A stretch of DNA of 23,732 bases from Candidatus Wukongarchaeum yapensis. GTDB taxonomy: Archaea > Asgardarchaeota > Wukongarchaeia > Wukongarchaeales > Wukongarchaeaceae. Of this stretch, positions 7,300 to 16,453 are shown piece by piece; positions within the stretch are counted from its first letter, which is position 1, and each line of letters starts with the position of its first letter. The DNA lies in NCBI GenBank assembly GCA_016840425.1, contig JAEOSI010000006.1:1-23732 (forward strand). The letters are read 5' to 3'. A program made the position numbers and the translations under genes. Below the pieces are notes generated by a model. That model did not search any database. It was not told where the DNA came from and worked only from the letters and a program-made list of their open reading frames with translations.

Positions 7300-10200
7300 C
7301 TATCGGTTTTTATAGGACTTGAAGACGGTTTTTATAGGGTTTCCGTGGAGGGAGAAAACTCCCCAGTAAGCAGGGTTTTGAAATTTTTCATAAACAGCTT
7401 TCTTCGCCTCAAATACCCCTTCGTGTAACGGCCTTCCTTTCAGCAAATTTTCGTAGAACTTCTCCATAAAGATGGGTCCGACGATGTCGAACATCTCCCA
7501 GTTTGTAGCGAGAATGCTTGAAGCACCAGCAAGGAACAACCCTCGGATTAAACCGATGACTTCATCCCCTTTCTCTAACTCTCCCATGCCTGTTTCACAA
7601 GCACTTAAAACAAGCAAAGGAGTGCCAGAAAACCTCTCCCTTAGCATCTCGTCTACTGTAAACATTTCCGTCCCCTCTGGTCGGTGAAATAGTAGATGAC
7701 TGTTCCAAGGATAATCTGGGTCAAACTTCCCGTGCCCCGCGAAATGGATTACTGCAGAGTAAAACTTCATTTCTTCAAGAAAGTTTTCTTCTGTTGCTTC
7801 GTTCTCTTCGATTTTATATGCTTGAGTATCGTGTTTTTTCAAAACTTCCAAGATTTTTCCCACTTCTTTTTTAGCCCCGGGAAGGTTAAGCTCTGGTATG
7901 TTGAAATTCGGGTTTGAGACCAGTAAAACGCCTTCCCCATGCTTATCTTTCACCATGCAAGCGTTAACGATGCCGAGAGAGTAGCTTATAACGGTGGGAA
8001 GGTTTAAGCTAAGCCCCAACCCGTTATCAGGATTGGTGGCTATGTCCCACGGAAAATTATGCAGTTTACCGTGGGGAACAACAATCAAAAAAGTCTTCCC
8101 CTCTAAACTTTTCCACAAATTTTTTGGGACGGCCTTTCCAAGCCTTTTAGCAACAGCGGAAAGTATCTTCTCTACGTTCTCAACATCTTCCTCCCTGAGT
8201 AATGAACGAAAGGTTTTAACAGCTTCCCCAAGCTTTTTAACAGGTAAAGTACCTTCGTGAATCACTATTTTTTCCCCGTCCCAGGCAATAATCTTGAACT
8301 CTTCCTCCTTCTTTTCATCGTAGATAAACTCCCACACGGAAGCGTTATTCTTCTTGAGCAAAGATGCATATTCTGGCAAAGGATTATATTCAGATGTAGG
8401 TTTGGCAAGACCTGGATCGCGGCATTTCTCCATGATCTCTGCGCGGAGTCTGCGCAATTGGGCTCCGAAAACCTCGGCCTCCTCCAGTGCTGTTCTTGCT
8501 GCTCTTGTTTCTCTCTCGACGGTTTTCCTGATCTCTTCCTCTTTTTGGGTGAGTTCCCTCATCAACTCTTCTTGTTTTCTTAAAAGCTCTTCATGCTCAG
8601 GGCAGATCATCCGTTCTGCTTCAAACTCCTCCCATCCTCTTTTCTCCAGTTTATCAACTATCTCCCTTGCCTTAGAAAGCTCTATAAAACGCAAAGCTTC
8701 AAGGAGATGTTTCTCATCCTTATCCCTCTCAAATTCCTCGATTAAAAGGTTGGAAACCGCAGCATAAACATCCATAAGAGAGGCACGATAACTGGTCCTT
8801 ATAAGCTCCGAAGAAACTCCAGAAACCAAGCTCTCTGCAAGATCAGTAGACCTCTTTAAATATTCAAAAGCACGTTCAAACTCACCCAAAGACCGATACG
8901 CCCAACCAATATTACCCAAAACAACCTGCAAACCGCCACGATCTCCTATCTCTTCGCGTATTTTCAGGGATTTTTGGTAGTATTCTAGGGCTTCTTGATA
9001 CTTGCCCAAAGCCTCATACACTACTCCGATGTTGCTGAGGGTCACTCCTTCTCCTGCCTTGTCCCCTATCTCTTCGCGTATTTTCAGGGATTTTTGGTAG
9101 TATTCTAGGGCTTCTTGATACTTGCCCAAAGCCTCATACACTAAGCCTATATTGTTAAGACTCACTCCTTCTCCTGCCTTGTCCCCTATCTCCCCGCGTA
9201 TTATCAACGCTTTTTGTAAATATTCTATAGCCTCATCATACCTGCCAAAATCATAATACACTAACCCTATACTGTTAAGAGTTATCCCTTCTCCTTTTTT
9301 GTCCCTTATCTCCCCGCTTATTTTCAGAGATTTTTGATAGTGCTCTATGGCTTCTTGATATCTGCCCCACTCATTATACACTCCTCCTATGTTACCAAGG
9401 GTCGTGCCTTCTCCTTTTTTGTCCCCTATTTCCTCAAATATTTTCAGAGATTTTTGGAAATGTTCTAAGGCTTCTTGATACCTACCCCAAGATCGATACA
9501 CTACTCCAATGTTGGTAAGAGTCCTTCCTTCTCCTGCCTTGTCCCCTATCTCTTCTTGTATTGTCAACGCTTTTTGGTAATGAACTATGGCTTCTTGATA
9601 CCTACCCCAAGATCGATAAACTATTCCTATATTGCTAAGGATCACGCCTTCTTCTTTCCTTCTCCCTGTATCTTGGTATATTTTCAAAGATTTTTGGAAA
9701 TGTTCTAAGGCTTCTTGATACCTACCCCAAGATCGATAAACTCCTCCTATGTTGTTAAAGGCTGTGGCTTCTCCTAACTTGTCTCCTATCTCTTCTTGTA
9801 TTTTCAGCGCTTTTTGGAAATGTTCTATGGCTTCTTGATACCTACCCCACTCAGCATATACTACCCCGATATTGCTAAGGGTTGTGCCTTCTCCTCTCCT
9901 GCCCCCTATCTCCTCGCGTATTTTCAAAGATTTTTGGTAGTATTCTAGGGCTTCCTCATACCTACCCCAATCACTATACACTAACCCTATGCCGTTAAGG
10001 GTTGTGCCTTCTCCTGCCTTGTCCCCTATCTCCTCGCGTATTTTCAAAGATTTTTGGAAATGTTCTATGGCTTCTTGATACCTACCCCAAGATCGATAAA
10101 CCCCCCCGATGTTGCTAAGGGTCACTCCTTCTCCTGCTTTGTCTTCTATCTCTTCTTGTATTTTCAGCGCTTTTTGGAAATGTTCTATGGCTTCTTGATA

Positions 10201-11223
10201 TCTACCCCAAGCATCATACATTAACCCGATGTTGCTAAGGGTCACTCCTTCTCCCTCTCTGTCTCCCATCTCCTCGCTTATTTTCAGAGATTTTTGTAAA
10301 TATTCTATAGCTTCCTGATACTTACCCCAAGCCCGATACACTTCCCCAATGTTGTTAAGAGTTCTGCCTTCTCCTCTTCTATCTTCTACCTCCTCGCGTA
10401 TTTTCAAAGATTTTTGGAAATGTTCTATGGCTTCTTGATACCTTCCCCAAGCATGATAAACTAATCCTATGTTGTTAAGAGTCACTCCTTCCCCTCTCCT
10501 ATCTTCTATCTCCTCGCGTATCTTTAGAGATTTTTGTAAATATTCTATGGCCTCATCATACCTGCCCAAATAGTAATACACTAATCCTATGTTGTTAAGG
10601 GTCTCACCTTTTCCTCTCCTGTCCCCCATTTCATCACGTATTTTCAATGCTTTTTGATAATGATCTATAGCTTCTCTGTACCTCCCCCAAGCCTCATATA
10701 TTGCCCCTATGTTGTGAAGGGACGTGCCTTCTCCTTTTTTGTCCCCTACCTCCTCGCGTATTTTCAACTCTTTTTGGTAGTGTTCTATGGCTTCTTGATA
10801 CCTTCCCCAAGACCGATACATTCTTGCGATGTTGCCAAGGGTCACGGCTTGTCCTTCCTTGTGCTTTAGCTCCTCGCGTATTTTCAGCTCTTTTTGGTAG
10901 TGTTCTATGGCTTCCTGATATTTGCCCAAGACATAGCATATGAACCCCATGTTGCTAAGGGTTACAGCTTGTCCTTCCTTGAGCCCTATCTCCTCGCATA
11001 TTTCCAGAGATTTTCGGTAATGTTCTAAGGCTTCTTGAAACCTGCCCCAAGCCCTATAGGCTGATCCTATCTCATATATTACGATGGCTGCTTCCTCTTT
11101 TTTTTCAATTTTTAGAAGAATATTAACAGCTTTTAACCAGAGATTTGTCGCAACATCGTAATCATTCGCTTTTCTTGCCTTTTGACCTTCCTCGAATAAG
11201 GCTTCCGCCTCCTCAAAAGACAT
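7300..11223 (-). CDS. TPR-repeat CHAT-domain (caspase/HetF-like, clan CD) protease, 1307 aa
   Basis: 19 tandem 40-aa TPR-like repeats, a helical/coiled-coil linker (ALRFIELSKAREIVD), then CHAT motifs LIVVPHGKLHNFPW, LPGAKKEV, IHFAGHG (His), VLSACETG (Cys), GLFLAGASSILATNW and PAYWGVF. SD GGAGTG upstream. Confidence 0.95.
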   Translation of the reverse strand: MSFEEAEALFEEGQKARKANDYDVATNLWLKAVNILLKIEKKEEAAIVIYEIGSAYRAWGRFQEALEHYRKSLEICEEIGLKEGQAVTLSNMGFICYVLGKYQEAIEHYQKELKIREELKHKEGQAVTLGNIARMYRSWGRYQEAIEHYQKELKIREEVGDKKGEGTSLHNIGAIYEAWGRYREAIDHYQKALKIRDEMGDRRGKGETLNNIGLVYYYLGRYDEAIEYLQKSLKIREEIEDRRGEGVTLNNIGLVYHAWGRYQEAIEHFQKSLKIREEVEDRRGEGRTLNNIGEVYRAWGKYQEAIEYLQKSLKISEEMGDREGEGVTLSNIGLMYDAWGRYQEAIEHFQKALKIQEEIEDKAGEGVTLSNIGGVYRSWGRYQEAIEHFQKSLKIREEIGDKAGEGTTLNGIGLVYSDWGRYEEALEYYQKSLKIREEIGGRRGEGTTLSNIGVVYAEWGRYQEAIEHFQKALKIQEEIGDKLGEATAFNNIGGVYRSWGRYQEALEHFQKSLKIYQDTGRRKEEGVILSNIGIVYRSWGRYQEAIVHYQKALTIQEEIGDKAGEGRTLTNIGVVYRSWGRYQEALEHFQKSLKIFEEIGDKKGEGTTLGNIGGVYNEWGRYQEAIEHYQKSLKISGEIRDKKGEGITLNSIGLVYYDFGRYDEAIEYLQKALIIRGEIGDKAGEGVSLNNIGLVYEALGKYQEALEYYQKSLKIREEIGDKAGEGVTLSNIGVVYEALGKYQEALEYYQKSLKIREEIGDRGGLQVVLGNIGWAYRSLGEFERAFEYLKRSTDLAESLVSGVSSELIRTSYRASLMDVYAAVSNLLIEEFERDKDEKHLLEALRFIELSKAREIVDKLEKRGWEEFEAERMICPEHEELLRKQEELMRELTQKEEEIRKTVERETRAARTALEEAEVFGAQLRRLRAEIMEKCRDPGLAKPTSEYNPLPEYASLLKKNNASVWEFIYDEKKEEEFKIIAWDGEKIVIHEGTLPVKKLGEAVKTFRSLLREEDVENVEKILSAVAKRLGKAVPKNLWKSLEGKTFLIVVPHGKLHNFPWDIATNPDNGLGLSLNLPTVISYSLGIVNACMVKDKHGEGVLLVSNPNFNIPELNLPGAKKEVGKILEVLKKHDTQAYKIEENEATEENFLEEMKFYSAVIHFAGHGKFDPDYPWNSHLLFHRPEGTEMFTVDEMLRERFSGTPLLVLSACETGMGELEKGDEVIGLIRGLFLAGASSILATNWEMFDIVGPIFMEKFYENLLKGRPLHEGVFEAKKAVYEKFQNPAYWGVFSLHGNPIKTVFKSYKNR
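8812..11091 (-). repeat. Coding tandem array, 19 units of 120 bp (40 aa)
   Basis: Consensus EGxTLxNIGxVYxxWGRYQEAIEHxQKSLKIREEIGDKxG. The 120-bp period is visible in the DNA, e.g. 8945-9023 is identical to 9065-9143. Confidence 0.95.
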
Positions 11224-11542
11224 GGTTAAACACTCCTATAAGTAAAAAACTGGATAGAACATGGTTTGATAAAAGTCTTGCTGGATTTACCTATATTATG
11301 TTGTAAAAGTTTTTCTGCAAGCCTAAATTTCAAGATTTGTGAATTTCCTTTCCTCCAGATAAGGTAGAACCTCCCCCCAATAAAATAAAGAAAACCTTCA
11401 GGAAGGGAAAAAGTTAGAAAAACAAAAAAATAAGCATGAAAAACACTTAATCAAAAAAGAGAAAAAAAAACAACAAAAAAAGCTTTACAATAGACTTATC
11501 AATTTTTATCCTTCATTTGTAATAATTGGAGTGTTTGTTTGA

Positions 11543-12805
11543 ATGGGTAAAGGTGTTTCTGGATCTGAGCTTAAAAGTCGTCGTTTTTGTGTTTGTGTTA
11601 CTGGAAGTGTCGCTATTTTTGAAGGGGTGCGTTTAGTCCGAGAACTTTCTAAAAAGTTTAACGTTAACGTTATTGTAGTTATGTCTGAGACGGCGGCGGA
11701 GTGGATTCCCCCCCTCTTGTTCGAATGGGCTTCTGGGGAAACTCCTATCGTTAAATTAAGCGGGAAAGCGGAGCATATCAGGGTCTTCGAGGAGGGTTTT
11801 GAGTGTGTTGTTGTTTATCCAGCGACTGTTAACACTATTTGTAAAATGGCAAATGGTATCTGTGATACCTCAGTAACTCTCTTTCTTGCTGTCGCTTTAG
11901 GTTTAAAGCTTCCCGTTATTATGGCTCCTGCAGCTCACCTTTCATTATATGCGAATCCTATGGTTCAAGAGTGCGTTGAAAAGTTAAAAAGTCTCGGTGT
12001 AAGGTTTACTGGTCCTAGGTTAGAGGAGGGAAAAGCAAAGGTAGCTTTAGTAGAAGATGTACTAGAAATAATCCTTGAAACAGCTGAAGAAAAAGACCTT
12101 ATGAAAAAACGATTAAGCGGTGTGTCTTTCCTAATAACCGCAGGACCTACAAGAGAATATATTGATGATATCAGGTTTATGACGAACAGCAGTTCTGGAA
12201 AAATGGGCTTAGCTTTAGCAAAAGAAGCATTAAACCAGGGAGCCGATGTAACCTTAGTTATTGGAAAAGGTTCCACAGTAGCCCCCCCTCCAGGAATAAG
12301 AAGTATTTGGGCAGAAACCACCCAAGAAATGACCGATGCTGCCCTCTCGGAAATAGATCGAAAAAAACAAGATGTAATCATAAGTGTAGCCGCAATATCT
12401 GACTTCACTTTCAAAAAATTTGAGGGAAAAATTCCATCAAAAGAAGAGATTTCCGTCAAACTCACACCTCTACCAAAACTTGTTGAAATTATCCGAGAAA
12501 AATATCCTAGTACATACATGGTAGGCTTTAAAGCCGAATATAACGTGAGTGACGAAGAACTAATTAAGCGGGCGAAAAATAAGCTTAAAGAGTCTAAATT
12601 AGACATGGTCGTAGCAAACGATGTGGCGAAAGAAGGTGCAGGGTTCGGAACAGACACTAACGAGGTAATTATAGTGGACGAAAAAATCATTAAGAAATTA
12701 GGCAAACTGCCAAAAACAGAAATAGCAAAAATAATAATCGATTTAATAGCCGAAAAAATAGACCTTACACAAAAAGAAATTAAAATAATAAAAAATAGGC
12801 CTTAA
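11543..12805 (+). CDS. coaBC: Bifunctional phosphopantothenoylcysteine decarboxylase / phosphopantothenate-cysteine ligase
   Basis: VTGSVA, YPATVNTICKMANGICD, LITAGPTREYIDDIRFMTNSSSGKMG, AAISDF, VGFKAE, VVANDV. Confidence 0.95.
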   Translation: MGKGVSGSELKSRRFCVCVTGSVAIFEGVRLVRELSKKFNVNVIVVMSETAAEWIPPLLFEWASGETPIVKLSGKAEHIRVFEEGFECVVVYPATVNTICKMANGICDTSVTLFLAVALGLKLPVIMAPAAHLSLYANPMVQECVEKLKSLGVRFTGPRLEEGKAKVALVEDVLEIILETAEEKDLMKKRLSGVSFLITAGPTREYIDDIRFMTNSSSGKMGLALAKEALNQGADVTLVIGKGSTVAPPPGIRSIWAETTQEMTDAALSEIDRKKQDVIISVAAISDFTFKKFEGKIPSKEEISVKLTPLPKLVEIIREKYPSTYMVGFKAEYNVSDEELIKRAKNKLKESKLDMVVANDVAKEGAGFGTDTNEVIIVDEKIIKKLGKLPKTEIAKIIIDLIAEKIDLTQKEIKIIKNRP

Positions 12806-12823
12806 ACTACTAACTGTTTTCTT

Positions 12824-13888
12824 TTAGCCGTCTGCTATTCCTTGGGGAAGGATTGCGAAAACGGCTTCTCCTGCAGGGAGCAACGGGCTGTCAATCATCC
12901 GCGCTATCCTCTTTTCACCCTTAGATTTTCTGAGGTACAACCGCGTAGTGCAGCCGTGAGCTACGACATGTCCTCCTATGGGGGTGGTAGGGTCGCCGAA
13001 AAACGCGTCAGGTTTCGCCATAACCTGATTAGTCACGATCACGGCCAAATTATAAACCTCGGCAGCCCTCAAAAGTTGGTGAATATGCTTGTTAAGTTTT
13101 TGTTGGCGAGGAGCAAGGGTGCCTCTACCAATGTACTCTGCCCTAAAATGGGATGTTAGCGAGTCTACAACCAATAACCGAACATTTTTTTCCCTTAATT
13201 CAGGTAAAGCTTGATCAGCTAAAGCCATTTGATGATCTGAATTAAAAGCCCTTGAAACAAAAATATTCTTCAAAACTTCCCCCTTATCAACTTTGAATCT
13301 TTCAGCTATTTGAAGAATTCTCTCCGGCCTAAAAGTGCCTTCAGTATCTATATAAAACGCCCCTCCTTCAAGACCTCCAAGGTCTTTTTCTAATTGGACC
13401 GTCACACAAAGCTGATGAGCAATCTGGGTTTTTCCCGTCCTAAACTCTCCGAAAAGCTCAGTAATTCCGCCAGTTTCAATCCCTCCAGCAAGTAACTCGT
13501 CCAAATTTTTACTTCCTATGGTTATACGACTGATATTTTTCCGCCTCTCCCAAATTATATCAGCGGTAACAAAATCTAATTGTAAAGCATCTCTAGCAGC
13601 TTCTATCAAACTTCTTACTTGAGCGTCACCAAGATCAGTAACCGCAACAATCTCTGCCACAGAAGAAATAGCTATCGATTCAAGAGTAGCATATCCCGAT
13701 TCTTCCAACCTCTTAGCTGTGGCAGGCCCTACTCCCGGCAAATTTTGTAAAACCTCAGCAACTGACCGTTGTTCCACCAAAACATCGCCTATTTCGTCCA
13801 CAGGTTGGTCTTCTGCACTTGAAGAAGATTCTCCCTCGTTTTTCTCGCTTTTAGATTCTTCCTCGCTTGTCGAACTTTTCCTTGGCAT
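12824..13888 (-). CDS. radA: DNA repair and recombination protein RadA (Rad51/RecA family)
   Basis: HhH domain [78 protein letters not shown] at 13888; an in-frame GTG at 13897 is possible. Confidence 0.97.
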   Translation of the reverse strand: MPRKSSTSEEESKSEKNEGESSSSAEDQPVDEIGDVLVEQRSVAEVLQNLPGVGPATAKRLEESGYATLESIAISSVAEIVAVTDLGDAQVRSLIEAARDALQLDFVTADIIWERRKNISRITIGSKNLDELLAGGIETGGITELFGEFRTGKTQIAHQLCVTVQLEKDLGGLEGGAFYIDTEGTFRPERILQIAERFKVDKGEVLKNIFVSRAFNSDHQMALADQALPELREKNVRLLVVDSLTSHFRAEYIGRGTLAPRQQKLNKHIHQLLRAAEVYNLAVIVTNQVMAKPDAFFGDPTTPIGGHVVAHGCTTRLYLRKSKGEKRIARMIDSPLLPAGEAVFAILPQGIADG

Positions 13889-14056
13889 CCTTCTCACTTT
13901 TCCATAAAAAATAAAATTACATACATAATAATTTCTTAATCCCTTTTATAAGCTTTGCAAACATCTAAAAACACAAAAAATTTTTTCATACCTTAAAAAA
14001 TCACCCTTTTTTCCTAATTTATATATAATCACCCTAATTTTATTATATGATCCCCC

Positions 14057-14980
14057 CTAAACCTTTTTTTCCTCCAAATTTTCCATTTTTTGAATCAATC
14101 TTATTATGGCTAAGGAGGAATGTAGAGCTTCTTCAAAACGGATCGTACGTGTTCCTTGTTCGGGTATCATGTTGATGTAGAAGTCAAAAAGGTTTCTGGG
14201 GTCCTCGTTTAACCTTTTAAGAATATTTTTAAGTCCCTCACGAGGACTCCCAAAGACTAAAAAAATTTTTTCTTTAAGTAAAAGCTGGCAGTGAAGTTCT
14301 TTAAACTTTTCAGAGATTTTGTCCCCCAGCCTAGAAGTTCCTATCCATAAACCCTCAGACTGTTTTTTAACATAATCTTTCAAGCTCTCTTTAATCGTAT
14401 TGACATTATAACCCCAATATTCTGGCACATCCTCCCTCTTTGCAGGGTATGCGTAAACCTCGTCTCTTTCTTTCTTTATTTTTACAGTGATCCTTTGCCC
14501 TAGTTTTACGCGATTTTTTATGGTTAAATTGTTTTTTTTATCGATGAGAATCTTGATCTTTTTTTTCAAACCTATATCACACATGATTTTTTTCTTAGAG
14601 ATCTCTGTTATAACAGCTTCTCGGAACTCGCCGTCACTAAGATCCTTGATTTTAACTTCCAGTTTATGTTGGGGCGTTGCTAAGGGAGGTAAAATACCCG
14701 CATATTTCAGTTCTTCCTTTAGGGGAAACAGATACTTGCGCAGATATTGAGGTGTTTCTAAGTATCTAAGGATTAGTGAGATCAATTCCATCTCCTTTTT
14801 TTGGGATTCGTAGCTGATGTCTGGATAAATAATCGCTTCATCAACTCGGTAGATTGCAAGGGCGCGCCCAAAAACTCCTAATTTCGTTGTCGAATCGCGC
14901 AAGCCTGAAGATTCTGAAAGTAGAGATGCAGGAGCACAAACTATTAGCCGTTTTCTCTTTTTATTTGGTATCATTAACAT
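14057..14980 (-). CDS. SPOUT-family RNA methyltransferase (MTH1/DUF171/SPOUT1-like)
   Basis: GRALAIYRVDEAIIY, YLETPQYLRK, LKYAGILPPLATPQH, YWGY, LVFGSPREGL, NMIPEQGTRTIRFEEAL. Confidence 0.93.
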   Translation of the reverse strand: MLMIPNKKRKRLIVCAPASLLSESSGLRDSTTKLGVFGRALAIYRVDEAIIYPDISYESQKKEMELISLILRYLETPQYLRKYLFPLKEELKYAGILPPLATPQHKLEVKIKDLSDGEFREAVITEISKKKIMCDIGLKKKIKILIDKKNNLTIKNRVKLGQRITVKIKKERDEVYAYPAKREDVPEYWGYNVNTIKESLKDYVKKQSEGLWIGTSRLGDKISEKFKELHCQLLLKEKIFLVFGSPREGLKNILKRLNEDPRNLFDFYINMIPEQGTRTIRFEEALHSSLAIIRLIQKMENLEEKKV

Positions 14981-15347
14981 AACCTAAAGTTTTTAAAACC
15001 ATGTTTCTGCCTTAAACAAGGTTATTGTATTTCAATATTATTTCAGACAATAATAAGAATATTGAACCTATTATTTCAAAGGGACTGTTATGGGGTAACG
15101 TTTTATGTTATAGTATGCGAAAAGTAAAACTGTTCGTCAGAGGTAATTTTAGGTTATATGGTAAGCGTTCAGAGGAAAACTTTATTTTTTATAAATATTT
15201 CAGTTTTGAGTTAGTAATGTATTATTTAAGGAGAAGTTTGTTAAAATTATACGGTAATTTATGGCCATTATATCGTTTTATATGCCTGTTAACTTTCGGA
15301 ATCTAAAGCTAACATTTAAAGGTTTTAATTTATAAGTGAATTACAAT

Positions 15348-15363
15348 AAAAAGGTTTAAAATA
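15348..15363 (+). promoter_or_regulatory. Candidate BRE/TATA promoter of the hydrogenase operon
   Basis: AAAAAGGTTTAAAAT: purine run followed by a TATA-like box about 30-40 bp before the ATG at 15395. Confidence 0.35.
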
Positions 15364-15394
15364 TAATCCACATCTGGCGGGAAGTGTTTTCACT

Positions 15395-16447
15395 ATGCCA
15401 TTGATAAAAAAGCAAAAAATACCTTTGCTCGTCGATAAAATGTTGAAAAAGTTCGACGTTATAGGTCCCGTTCCTAAAGATGAAAAATACGTTTTCTCAA
15501 AGGTCTCTAGGGGAGAAGAGGTTTTTCTAGGCTATGATACCTCCATACTACCCCCGAAGAAAATCTTTTTTCCTCAAGAAGAGACTTTGATCACCTTTAA
15601 AAAAGATGAACAATTGGAGTTTAAACCCGCTTTAGAAGACGGAACCCCTTCCAAAACCGATGGGGATAGAAAGTTTGTAATTTTCGGGGTGCACGCTTGC
15701 GATATTCATGCCATATTAACCCTTGACAAACAGTTTATGGAGGTCTACCCTGACCCTTACTATATCTCTAAACGTGCCAGATCATTAATCATAGGGGTTT
15801 CTTGTCGTGAGCCTAAAGAAACATGTTTTTGCGGGATTATGGGCACTTATACAGTGGAAAAAGGTTTTGATTTGTTTTTAGAGCAAATCGATGAGGATGA
15901 ATTCTATGTTATAGTGGGCTCTGATGAAGGAAGAAAGCTCTTATCTGCTTATCCCGATTTTTTTGAAGCATCTACAGAAGAAACCCTTGAAAAGTTAAGA
16001 AAGGTTTTGAAAGAAAAGGATGAAAAGTTTGCTGATTCTGTGAGTATAACTGGTTTACCCACCCTCTTGGAGCAAGAATTTGACTCTGTGAACGGTGAAA
16101 TTTGGGAAGAGCTTGGTGAGAAATGTCTCGGTTGTGGAACTTGCTGTCTTGTATGTCCCACTTGTTTCTGTTTCAATGTCGTAGACAAAGTTGAGTTAAG
16201 CGGAAAAGAGGGGTTAACAAAAAGGGTTTGGGACTCGTGCTTATTAGCAGATTTCGCAGTTATTGCTGGAGGGTTTAACTTCCGTCCCACCCAAACCTCA
16301 CGTATAAGGTATAGGATATATCATAAACTAAAATATGAGCTGGAAAGAGGGGGGATACTAGGCTGTGTAGGCTGTGGACGTTGCAATATAGCATGCCCTG
16401 CGGGGATAAAGATGCAGGATGTAATTAAAAAGATTAAAGGCGAGTGA
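15395..16447 (+). CDS. hydB: Group 3b [NiFe] hydrogenase (sulfhydrogenase) beta subunit, 4Fe-4S
   Basis: FGVHACD, CLGCGTCCLVCPTCFC, WDSC, GCVGCGRCNIACPAGI; first gene of a beta-gamma-delta-alpha operon. Confidence 0.9.
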   Translation: MPLIKKQKIPLLVDKMLKKFDVIGPVPKDEKYVFSKVSRGEEVFLGYDTSILPPKKIFFPQEETLITFKKDEQLEFKPALEDGTPSKTDGDRKFVIFGVHACDIHAILTLDKQFMEVYPDPYYISKRARSLIIGVSCREPKETCFCGIMGTYTVEKGFDLFLEQIDEDEFYVIVGSDEGRKLLSAYPDFFEASTEETLEKLRKVLKEKDEKFADSVSITGLPTLLEQEFDSVNGEIWEELGEKCLGCGTCCLVCPTCFCFNVVDKVELSGKEGLTKRVWDSCLLADFAVIAGGFNFRPTQTSRIRYRIYHKLKYELERGGILGCVGCGRCNIACPAGIKMQDVIKKIKGE

Positions 16448-16453
16448 GAAAAC

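Noticed and set aside
7300-11223. Craspase (type III-E CRISPR) or diversity-generating retroelement explanation for TPR-CHAT
   Set aside because: No CRISPR array, cas gene, reverse transcriptase or non-coding template repeat in the window, and the repeat differences are not evidently restricted to adenines.
11390-11485. Long A-rich tract between TPR-CHAT and coaBC
   Set aside because: Low complexity without a regular unit, terminal inverted repeats or target duplication; does not support a mobile element or CRISPR leader.
11940-12060. CoaBC lacks the Cys-containing substrate clamp of bacterial enzymes (has GPRLEEGKAK)
   Set aside because: This variant is familiar from other archaeal CoaBC proteins, so it is not specific to this window.
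11965-12705. 246-aa antisense ORF and the other overlapping ORFs in the track (e.g. 5789..6127, 8354..8767, 15949..16290, 19411..19767)
   Set aside because: All lie opposite or within well-supported genes, have Ser/Phe/Leu-skewed shadow composition, and show no motifs.
7300-14980. Proto-chromosome-segregation cluster (separase-like CHAT, Rad51-like RadA, SPOUT1/CENP-32 homolog)
   Set aside because: The genes are split by coaBC and are not one operon; radA and the SPOUT gene are ordinary archaeal housekeeping genes. Proximity alone is not evidence.
15025-15306. 93-aa ORF in the SPOUT/hydrogenase intergenic region
   Set aside because: Very AT-rich, F/Y/L/K-biased translation, TTG start without an SD; more likely divergent promoter DNA. 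No ORB-like origin boxes were seen either.
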